A DNA stretch of 64,000 bases, from contig OY970192.1 of NCBI GenBank assembly GCA_963708135.1, forward strand, positions 960,001 to 1,024,000, in the 5' to 3' direction. Position numbers and translations under genes: made by a program. Of this stretch, positions 49,730 through 57,677 are shown in pieces (positions within the stretch are counted from its first letter, which is position 1; the number at the start of each line of letters is the position of its first letter). The notes under the pieces are model-generated. The model made no database searches, was not told the DNA's origin, and worked only from the letters and a program-made list of their open reading frames with translations. This DNA is from an uncultured Gemmatimonadales bacterium (GTDB lineage Bacteria; Gemmatimonadota; Gemmatimonadetes; Longimicrobiales; RSA9).

Positions 49730-50581
49730 GGGCCGCGTTCCTCGAGGAGCCGGTCGAGCTCGGAGCGCATCCAGGCCGGGTCCTCATCGCGAAGGTGAGA
49801 GTACGGCCGGCGGCTGCGAGCGAGCGCATCGCGGTCGAGCGGCGCGGCGATCGTCGCCTCCTCCGACTCCGGCGCGCGCGCGACAACCTCGCCCGACGGA
49901 GCGACGATGAGGGAGCCGCCGGCGAAGCTCACGCCACCCTCGACGCCCACCCGGTTGGCCAGCCCGACGTAGATGCCGTAGAGCTGTGCAGTCGTCCTGG
50001 CGATCCGCTCCCAGACCGGCACGGAGGCGAAGCGCCCGCCGCTCTCACCGCCCTCCCAGACGCTGCGTCCGGGCGCGGCGGCGAGCACGAGCAGCAGGTC
50101 AATGCCGCGCATGGCCAGCAGGTAGGTGAGCGCCGGGTGCCAGAAGTCCTCGCACACCAGCAGCCCGACGCGCCAGCCGTCGCCGGCCTCGTAGGCGTCG
50201 AGCCGCCGGCCGCGACCGAAGAAGCGCATTTCGTCGAACATAGCCGTAGGTCGGCAGGTAGATCTTGCGGTGCCGGTGGAGCACGCGACCGCCTCGCAGG
50301 TGCGCCGCCGCATTGTAGACGACGCGGTCCTCGCCCATCTCGGGGAAGCCGAGTACCACGTCGCCTCCCTCCGCGGCCGGGCCGGCGAAGGCGGCCTCGG
50401 CGCCGGCGCGCGCGGCGACGGCGAGCCGCGCGGCGTCGTCGCCGAGATCGTAGCCGGTGAGCGAGAGCTCGGGCGTGAGCAGCAGGTCCGCACCCGCCGC
50501 CGCGGCCGCCTCGGCGATGCGGCGGGCGTTCTCTTCGGGCGCTCGCAGGCGCGGTGCGAGCTGATGAATGGCAAGGCGCAT
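49726..50581 (-). pseudogene. Nitrilase/carbon-nitrogen hydrolase (NAD-synthetase glutaminase-like) with a 1-nt insertion at 50242
   Basis: TPELSLTGY (Glu), HRKIYLPTYG/MFDE (Lys) split by one extra base, VCEDFWH (Cys). Confidence 0.8.
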
Positions 50582-51822
50582 CAGGCCCCCGCGGGAGCGG
50601 CGGCGGACGTGAGCTCGCCCGCGCGGCGGAGCACGTCGCGGGCGAGCAGTGGACCGATCAGCTGGCTCGCCGCGACGCCGAGGAGCACCGTGCTGAAGAG
50701 GATCTCGACCGTCCGGCTGGGGGCGGGGCCGAGGGCGCCGTAGGTGAGCGTGACGTTGATCGCCATGGCGATCGAGAGGCCGCCCTGCGGCAGGAGGCCG
50801 ACCCCGACGTCGGCCGGGCGGGGCGCCGCGGGCCGGACGATGCGGACGGCCAGGTAGGCGCCGGCCAGCTTGGCCACCGCGCGCAGCGCGACATAGCCCA
50901 GGGCGAGCGGGAGCACGAGCCAGGAAGGGAAGCGCAGCAGCGCACCGGCGAGGACCAGCAGGATCACGTAAAGCGGCTTTTCCCACGCCTGGAGACGAGC
51001 GTAAATGCGCCGCCGCAGCGGAGAGATGTTTGCCACCACCGCGCCCGCGAGCGCCGAAACGAGCAGCGGCGAGAGCCCCACGTAGAGGGCGGCCCCCGAG
51101 GAGAGCATGGCGATTCCGAGCAGGAACAGCACCAGCTCCTCTGGCGTCGGCTTCGGGCGCGTGACCCAGAGCAGGAAGATCCCGAACACAAGCCCCAGCG
51201 CGACGGCCACGGCGATCCACTCGATGGCGGAGAGCGCCGTGCCAATGTTCGCGCGCAGGGGGTGGTAGACCGAGAAGGTGAGCTGCAGCGCGAACAGGCC
51301 GACCAGCGCGTCCAGGCTGGCCACGAAGAAGAGGAGCTGGGTGAGCGGCCCGCGCACCCGGAACGCCTGCGACAGTACCGCCACGCCCGCAGGGGTCGAG
51401 ATCGCGGCCGTGGCCGCCGCCGCGAGGATCGCGAAGCGCAGCTCCTCGTCCAGCGGCCCGCCGCCCCGCAGGAGCAGCGCGGCCAGGGCGGCGAACAGGC
51501 CGAAGGCGAGCAGCGCCTGGAGCAGCGCGACCGCGAGAAAGCGCGGCGAGAAGCGGGCGATCTGGCGGCGGTCGAGTTGGAGTCCGAAGAGGAGACCGAT
51601 CCACCCGAGCCCGAGCGCCAGGAACGGGTTCAGCTGCGCCATCACGCCGCGGGTCAGCAGGTCGAGCCCGTAGCCGCCGAGCAGGAGGCCGAGAAGAAGG
51701 AAGTGCGTGCCGGTCGCGAAAAGGAGCCTCGGTCCGAGCTGCGCGGGGCTGGCGCTGAAGGAGAAGCGGGCACCCAGAAGCCCGAGCAGGATCAGGAGCA
51801 GCGCCCCGACGAGGGTGCTCAC
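50581..51822 (-). CDS. Cation:proton antiporter family membrane protein
   Basis: About 12 TM segments, LGWIGLLFGLQL, STPA, ASLD, GLLPQGGLSIAM. Confidence 0.75.
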   Translation of the reverse strand: MSTLVGALLLILLGLLGARFSFSASPAQLGPRLLFATGTHFLLLGLLLGGYGLDLLTRGVMAQLNPFLALGLGWIGLLFGLQLDRRQIARFSPRFLAVALLQALLAFGLFAALAALLLRGGGPLDEELRFAILAAAATAAISTPAGVAVLSQAFRVRGPLTQLLFFVASLDALVGLFALQLTFSVYHPLRANIGTALSAIEWIAVAVALGLVFGIFLLWVTRPKPTPEELVLFLLGIAMLSSGAALYVGLSPLLVSALAGAVVANISPLRRRIYARLQAWEKPLYVILLVLAGALLRFPSWLVLPLALGYVALRAVAKLAGAYLAVRIVRPAAPRPADVGVGLLPQGGLSIAMAINVTLTYGALGPAPSRTVEILFSTVLLGVAASQLIGPLLARDVLRRAGELTSAAAPAGA

Positions 51823-51829
51823 GCCGCCC

Positions 51830-52183
51830 TCAACTCTCCGGCTCGCCCAACTCCGGCGCCAGGCCGACCACCCGGTTGAGCGGGATCGTGAAGACGATCC
51901 CCGTCGCCGGGCTGTTCAGGTCGCCGCAGATCTCCTGGAGCAGCGCGATCGCGCCATCGACCTTCCCGTCCTCCCTGATGACGCTGAAGATCGTCTGGTT
52001 CTGCGGCCGCGAGCGGGAGAGCAGGGTCTGCAGTCCCGCGAAGATCGGGATGTCGTGGGAGAGGACGCGGCCCATCCCCTCGCTCTGGATCACGGTTGCC
52101 CCGGTGATGCCGAGCTCGAGGAAGCCCGAGAGGATCTCGTCGAGCTTCTCCTCCTGGTTGATCACGGCGACGAGTAGTTGCAT
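51830..52183 (-). CDS. P-II-like signal transduction protein (non-canonical)
   Basis: [14 protein letters not shown]-terminal [11 protein letters not shown]; 117 aa. Confidence 0.8.
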   Translation of the reverse strand: MQLLVAVINQEEKLDEILSGFLELGITGATVIQSEGMGRVLSHDIPIFAGLQTLLSRSRPQNQTIFSVIREDGKVDGAIALLQEICGDLNSPATGIVFTIPLNRVVGLAPELGEPES

Positions 52184-52327
52184 AGAGGCGCGGGCGACCA
52201 GGCTCGTTCTCGAGGACGCAGGTCGGCCGGAGCCGTCCTGCCGGGGACCAGGACCAAGGGCCAGCGCGCGGCGGGATCGTCCGACGGCCCGCCGCGGGGC
52301 GCACGGGCACTGCGTCGGCGGCCCTGC

Positions 52328-52357
52328 ATCTTAGGCCGGCGCCTCGCGGAGTGTCAA
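52328..52357 (-). promoter_or_regulatory. Sigma-70 promoter for the P-II-like operon
   Basis: TTGACA-18 bp-TAAGAT on the minus strand. Confidence 0.55.
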
Positions 52358-52543
52358 GCGGCGCCGGGGCTGGAACATGTCTTGCTCTCCGACCGCTCGC
52401 GGCGGCACCAGGCGGGCCCGCACGCGGCGATCCCGGCTGCGGTCCTCGCCCGGCGGGCGTCGCCCCGGCTAACGACTTGCCAGGCGGCGGTTCCCGGCAG
52501 CGTGCTCCGCTCGCCCGCGCCCGATCAGCAGGAGACGGACCCG

Positions 52544-53833
52544 ATGCCGAAGTTCATCGTCGAGGGAGGCCGGCCGCTGCGCGGCACCATACGCCCGGCG
52601 GGCAACAAGAACGCCGCGCTTCCGATCCTGGCGGCCACGCTCCTGACGGACGAGCCCGTGCACCTGGAGAACGTCCCGGACATCCGGGACGTCCGCACCC
52701 TCGCCGATCTGCTCGGCACGGTCGGCGTGGACGTGGAATGGCACGGGGAGAACGCGCTCACCGTCCACGCCCGCGAGGTGAGCGCGTCCGCCATCGAGCC
52801 GGAGCTGGCGGCGCGCATCCGCGCGTCGATCCTGCTCGCCGGCCCGATGCTCGCGCGCGTCGGCCGCATGCTCCTGCCGCCCCCCGGCGGCGATGTGATC
52901 GGCCGGCGAAGGGTCGACACGCACTTCCTCGCGCTCGCCAAGCTCGGCGCCGTCCTCGAGACGAGCGACGGCTATCACCTCGAGACGAGCGGCCTCTCCG
53001 GGGCCGACATCTTCCTCGACGAGCCGAGCGTGACGGCCACGGAGAACGCGGTCATGGCGGCGGTGCTCGCAAAGGGCCATACTCGCCTGCGCAACTCGGC
53101 GGCGGAGCCCCACGTCCAGGACCTCTGCAACATGCTGAATGCCTTCGGCGCCCGGATCTCCGGGATCGGCACCGGTGTTCTCGAGATCGAGGGCGTGGAC
53201 CGGCTGCGCGGCGGCGAGTGGCGGATCGGCAGCGATCACATCGAGGTCGGCTCCTTCATCGGGCTCGCGGCGGTGACGCGCGGCGAGATCCTCATCCGCG
53301 ACGCGGCCCTCGCGCACCTGGACTCGACGCTGCTGGCGTTCGAACGGCTCGGGATCCGCTGCGAGCCGCGGGGTGAGGACCTCTTCGTCTCCGACACCCA
53401 GGAGCTGCGCGTTCGCACGGATCTCGGAGGCCACATCCCGAAGATCGACGACGGACCGTGGCCGGCGTTTCCCGCGGACCTCACCTCCATCGCGCTGGTG
53501 ACGGCCACGCAGTGCCGTGGCACGATCCTGGTCTTCGAGAAGATGTTCGAGTCGCGCATGTTCTTTGCCGACAAACTCATCGGCATGGGCGCCCGCGTCG
53601 TGCTGTGCGATCCCCACCGCGCCGTGGTGGTCGGGCCGTCGCGGCTGCACGCCGGCGTCGTGGAGACGCCCGACATCCGGGCCGGCATGGCGCTGCTCAT
53701 CGCCGCCCTCGGCGCGGAGGGCAGCAGCCACATCTACAACATCGCTCAGATCGAGCGTGGCTACGAGCGCATAGACGAACGGCTGCGCGCCCTCGGGGCG
53801 CGCATCGAGCGCTCCGACTCGCGCGAGTTCTAG
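52544..53833 (+). CDS. murA: UDP-N-acetylglucosamine 1-carboxyvinyltransferase
   Basis: [47 protein letters not shown]. Confidence 0.97.
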   Translation: MPKFIVEGGRPLRGTIRPAGNKNAALPILAATLLTDEPVHLENVPDIRDVRTLADLLGTVGVDVEWHGENALTVHAREVSASAIEPELAARIRASILLAGPMLARVGRMLLPPPGGDVIGRRRVDTHFLALAKLGAVLETSDGYHLETSGLSGADIFLDEPSVTATENAVMAAVLAKGHTRLRNSAAEPHVQDLCNMLNAFGARISGIGTGVLEIEGVDRLRGGEWRIGSDHIEVGSFIGLAAVTRGEILIRDAALAHLDSTLLAFERLGIRCEPRGEDLFVSDTQELRVRTDLGGHIPKIDDGPWPAFPADLTSIALVTATQCRGTILVFEKMFESRMFFADKLIGMGARVVLCDPHRAVVVGPSRLHAGVVETPDIRAGMALLIAALGAEGSSHIYNIAQIERGYERIDERLRALGARIERSDSREF

Positions 53834-55038
53834 TACCGCGCCACAGTGGTCATGATGCGTAAAGGCGGTGGAGCTTGGATCGCGCATCGGAGACAGTGAA
53901 ACGCCAGGTGGTGGGAGCTCGGACGGCGTTGCGGGGGGTCTCCCAGGCGAGGGTCTCGGCCCGCAGCCGGTTGACGTTGTCAAGGCGGCGGTGCAGGCAC
54001 TGGCGACCGAGGATCGAGATCTCGATTTCGGCCATGTTGAGCCAGCTCCCGTGCTTGGGCGTGTAATGGAACTCGAGCTTGCGCAGGATACGGCGCGCTT
54101 CGGCGGCCTCGAAGGTCTCGTACAGGGCTGCGCCCGTGTGGCTGCTCAGGTTGTCGAGCACGACGCGGATCTTGTCGGCGTCCGCGCAATGCACGTCGAC
54201 CAGTGCGCGCATCTGCTGGGCGAAGTCCGCATTCGTGCGACGGGCGGTGACGTCCACATGCCGCCAGCCTCGCAGCGGCTCCACGAGCAGGAAGAGGTTG
54301 GCGGTCCCGCGGCGCACGTACTCGTAGTCAACGCGTTGGCGCCGACCCGGAGCGGCCGGCACCGGCAGGCGGGTTTCCCCGATGAGCTGGTAGGGCACTT
54401 CATCGAAGCACACCACCGGGCGCCGGGGGTCGTAGGGCTCCTGGTAGAGGTCGAGCACGTCCTCCATGCGGCAGACGAAGTCCCAACTCACCGTCGGGAT
54501 GCACCACGCTTCCTTCTGCCAGGGCTTCAGGTCGTTTTTTTTAGAAGCCGTCGGACCGTCTCGTCCGTGATCGCGTCCACCACACGCAACTCGATCAGCT
54601 TGTCGGCCAGGAGCTGCATGGTCCAGCGCACGCGCCCCTCCGGAGGCGCGCTGCACGCCAGCGCGACCAGGAAGGCTTCCTGCTTGCCGTCCAGCAGCCG
54701 GGCTTTGCCCGGCCGAGGCCGATCGTTGAGCGCCCGCTCCAAACCGCCCTCGACGAAGCGCAGCCGCGTGCGCTCCACCGTGCACTTCCCCAGGTGCAGC
54801 GCGGCCGCAATCGCCTTGTCGGTCACGCCCTCGTCGGCCAGCAACAGGATGCGCGCGCGGTTCACCCGGCGCACCCGCGCCTTGCCGCCCTGGAGCAGGC
54901 GCTTGAGTTCGGCCCGCTCGTCGTCCGTGAGGTCCACGATATACTTCTTGGCCATCTGCCCTCCTCGCTGGGGGTCCGACAAATGGGCCAACAATATAGC
55001 ACGGAACTTTAGTCCTCACAATCATGATGGCTGAGTAC
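53833..55038 (-). mobile_element. IS630-family insertion sequence (1206 bp)
   Basis: TA duplicated at 53831-53832 and 55039-55040; imperfect terminal IRs GTACCGCGCCACAGTGGTCATGA and GTACTCAGCCATCATGATTGTGA; lower GC than flanks. Confidence 0.93.
53850..54955 (-). CDS. IS630 transposase in two frames (HTH orfA 54527-54955, DDE orfB) joined by a -1 frameshift
   Basis: orfA RARILLL...RWT..LLA; orfB VCFDE, VLDNL, YTPKHGSWLNMAEIE; A8 run at 54535-54542. Confidence 0.92.
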
Positions 55039-55094
55039 TAGTGGCGCCGGATCCCGTCCGCTAGCCACCGGGCATCCCCAACGGAGGAGACAGC

Positions 55095-55547
55095 ATGGAG
55101 GAACGCCAGAGCGCCCGGGAGGGCATCCGCGATGGGATCCGCGCCGGGATCGGGATCCTCGCCGCCTTCAAGGATGCCGTGGAGGAGACCCTGGGTGAGA
55201 TGAAGGAGCGCGGCGACATCTCGCCCGATCGCGCGCGCGAGGCGGTCCGCACCACGATGCAGCGGGCGCAGGAGGCGATGGACGAGGCTCGCGAGCGGCT
55301 CGATTTCGTGCCGCGTCGCGAGTTCGATGTGCTGCGCCAGGAGGTGGCGGAGCTGCGCCGCCGGCTCGAGGCCCACACCGGCGGCGCAGCGGAAACCGAG
55401 GCGACGGATGCAGCCGCGAGCGCGGCCCGAGCGCCGCACGCCCGTGCGCCCGACACGCCGCCCGCGAACGGTCCGGCCGCCGGGGCCGGCGAGGCGGCCG
55501 TGAGCACGCCTCCGAACATCCAGGTCGAGGAGGACACCACGGGGTGA
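55095..55547 (+). CDS. Phasin/UbiK-like helical hypothetical protein
   Basis: GGAGGA RBS; ERGDIS, LDFVPRREFDVLR..V.EL; low-complexity tail. Confidence 0.6.
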   Translation: MEERQSAREGIRDGIRAGIGILAAFKDAVEETLGEMKERGDISPDRAREAVRTTMQRAQEAMDEARERLDFVPRREFDVLRQEVAELRRRLEAHTGGAAETEATDAAASAARAPHARAPDTPPANGPAAGAGEAAVSTPPNIQVEEDTTG

Positions 55548-56305
55548 GCGCGCCCCGTGCCGTGAGCGAGGTGAGCTGTCCGGGTGAGCTGCCGCTGTAC
55601 GTGCACCCGGAATGGCACGAGCGCTTCCCCTGGCTGGTGCAGGGCACGACGGGGCGGGGAGAGGGGGCGGAACCGTTCGACCTGCGCATGTTCGGCGACA
55701 TCCCGTCGGGCCTGCTGCTGGAGCGCTGGGCCGCGCTCCAGCGCGCGCTCGGCTGTGCGCGCGCCGTTCACGCGCACCAGGTCCACGGCGCGCGCGTACT
55801 GGTTCACCAGGGCGGGCCGGCCGGGCTGCTCATCGCCGAGGGCTGCGACGGCCACGCCACGCAGACCGCCGGCGTGCTCCTCACCGTTTCCGTGGCCGAC
55901 TGCGTTCCCATCTTCCTGGTGGACCCCGAGCGGCGGGCGATCGCGGCGCTGCACGGCGGGTGGCGCGGCGTCGCGGCCGGCATTCTCGAGTCCGGCATCG
56001 AGGCGCTCGGGCGCCAGGCGGGTACGCCGCCGGCGGATCTGTACGCCCATTTCGGGCCGGCGATCTGCGGCGCCTGCTACGAGGTCGGGCCGGAGGTCTT
56101 TCGGGCGCTGGGGCTTGCTGCGCCGCGGGGCCTGGCGTCCGTGGATCTGCGCCGTGCGCTCGCGGAGCGCGCCGTCGCCGCCGGCCTCGAGGCGGAGCGG
56201 CTCACCATCTCCAGCTTCTGCACCCGCTGCGGCGACACCCCGTTCTTCTCGCACCGCGGAGGGTGCCCGGAGCGGCAGATGGGCGTTCTCGGCCTGCGGC
56301 CATGA
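55544..56305 (+). CDS. pgeF: YfiH/PgeF (polyphenol oxidase/laccase-domain) family protein
   Basis: HQVHG, ADCVPI, LHGGWRG, GPAICGACYEVG, CT.C...FFSHR. Confidence 0.92.
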   Translation: MSAPRAVSEVSCPGELPLYVHPEWHERFPWLVQGTTGRGEGAEPFDLRMFGDIPSGLLLERWAALQRALGCARAVHAHQVHGARVLVHQGGPAGLLIAEGCDGHATQTAGVLLTVSVADCVPIFLVDPERRAIAALHGGWRGVAAGILESGIEALGRQAGTPPADLYAHFGPAICGACYEVGPEVFRALGLAAPRGLASVDLRRALAERAVAAGLEAERLTISSFCTRCGDTPFFSHRGGCPERQMGVLGLRP

Positions 56306-56520
56306 GCGGTGAGGCGCCACCGGGCCTGTGCGGCTCGTGCGTGCACGCGCGCGTGATCGAAACCCGGCGCGGCTCCCGGTTCTACCATTGCCGCCTCTCG
56401 CTGCACGATCCACACTACCCGCGTTATCCCAGACTGCCCGTGCTGCGGTGCGCGGGCTACCAGTTACCTGCGGGTGGCGGGGCAATGCCCCCGGCCGCCA
56501 GGGAGGATCCCCATGAGTGA
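56302..56520 (+). CDS. Small Cys-rich hypothetical protein (72 aa)
   Basis: GLCGSCVHAR...RGSRFYHC...YPRYPRLPVLRCAGY; overlaps both neighbours. Confidence 0.75.
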   Translation: MSGEAPPGLCGSCVHARVIETRRGSRFYHCRLSLHDPHYPRYPRLPVLRCAGYQLPAGGGAMPPAAREDPHE

Positions 56521-56977
56521 GCCCTTCTACACCGCCCGCGCCAGCATCGCCAAGCTCGGCGGCACCCACAGGCGCGCCCGCCTGGAGTCCGGCGCCACGG
56601 TCGAGTTCGGCGTGCACGGTGCCGTCAAGCGCCACTTCGGGCTGGAGGACCAGCCCGACCTGCCGCTTCCCGTCGATTTCATCGTGGCTGCCACCGGCGC
56701 CTGAATGCTGGGGACCCTCAATGGCGCGCTGGAGGCGCGCGGGATCAGGCTCGAGCCGGATGCGATCGCGGCCGGGGTGGAGGGAACCAACGAGCTGCTC
56801 GAGGGGATCATCACGCTCACGCGGATCCACGTGCACTACACGCTGCGGATCCCGGCGGGCACGCGCGAGGCCACGGATCGGGCGCTCTCGCGTCACCAGG
56901 AGAAGTGCCCGACCGCGCACAGTCTACGCCGCGCCGTGGCCATCGACTGGAGCGCGGACGTGGTCGAGGCGGGCTGA
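56513..56977 (+). CDS. OsmC/Ohr-family protein, probable selenoprotein (TGA at 56702-56704 read as Sec64)
   Basis: The two ORF-track fragments are in frame and separated only by TGA: PVDFIVAATGA-U-MLGT...EKCPT. Confidence 0.82.
56712..56746 (+). promoter_or_regulatory. Candidate bacterial SECIS hairpin
   Basis: GCGCGC-UGGAG-GCGCGC stem-loop with the loop 26 nt after UGA; lower CCC/GGG pairs. Confidence 0.55.
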
Positions 56978-57041
56978 GGCAGGCGAGCGCGCAGACGGTT
57001 GCCAGGCGGTCGTTTGCGGCGTACGCAACGGGTCCGGTGGG

Positions 57042-57070
57042 TTGCCTGCGGCCGACCGGAGTGTTATAAT
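57042..57070 (+). promoter_or_regulatory. Sigma-70 promoter of the rimP-nusA-infB operon
   Basis: TTGCCT-17 bp-TATAAT with extended -10 TGn. Confidence 0.8.
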
Positions 57071-57101
57071 TTGCACTGTCGGCGTTGGACCGCCGGCCGA
57101 T

Positions 57102-57132
57102 GAAGTGGGGGACGGACCCCCACTTTTTTATT
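57102..57132 (+). promoter_or_regulatory. rimP leader terminator-like hairpin
   Basis: AAGTGGGGG-acgga-CCCCCACTT followed by TTTTATT, just upstream of rimP. Confidence 0.8.
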
Positions 57133-57143
57133 CGCCTGGAGCC

Positions 57144-57632
57144 ATGTCGCACGATTCGCTCGAACCGCGCATAGAGGCCCGCGTCGCGACGCTGGGCTTC
57201 GAGCTCGTGGAGCTCGAGCGGGCGGGCTCACGGACGAGACCCGTCCTGCGAATCCGGATCGACAGGCCGGACGCTGAGCCGGGCCACGGCATCACCCTGG
57301 AGGACTGCGCCGGCGTCAGTCGGGCGCTCGAATCCTTCCTCGAGGAGGATGAGGCGCTCGGCGCGAGATACGTGCTGGAGGTTTCCTCGCCGGGGCTCGA
57401 GCGGCCGCTCGTGCGCAAGCGCGACTTCGAACGCTTTGCCGGCCGGGAAGTGGCCCTCAAGGGCTACGCGCCGCTGGCGGGCCGGAGCCGCCGGCTCGAG
57501 GGCGAGCTGCTGGGATTGGAGGGAGAAGGCGAGGCGGCGCGGGTGCGCCTGCGCCTGGATGACGGAGAGACCGTGAGCGTGCCGAGGGGCGAGATCGCCC
57601 GCGCGCACCTCATCTTTCGGTGGGATCGCTAG
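57144..57632 (+). CDS. rimP: Ribosome maturation factor RimP
   Basis: ITLEDCAGVSR, YVLEVSSPGLERPL. Confidence 0.96.
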   Translation: MSHDSLEPRIEARVATLGFELVELERAGSRTRPVLRIRIDRPDAEPGHGITLEDCAGVSRALESFLEEDEALGARYVLEVSSPGLERPLVRKRDFERFAGREVALKGYAPLAGRSRRLEGELLGLEGEGEAARVRLRLDDGETVSVPRGEIARAHLIFRWDR

Positions 57633-57677
57633 GCCCGCTGCGGGGCAGGCCGCGATGAAACACGAGCAGGAAGGCCT

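Noticed and set aside
56705..56977. Independent 90-aa gene starting at the ATG after the TGA
   Set aside because: It would lack the N-terminal half and reactive residue of the OsmC fold, and has no SD; readthrough explains it better.
56517..57143. Long N-terminal extension of RimP
   Set aside because: It overlaps the OsmC-like gene in another frame and spans the rimP promoter; the real start is 57144.
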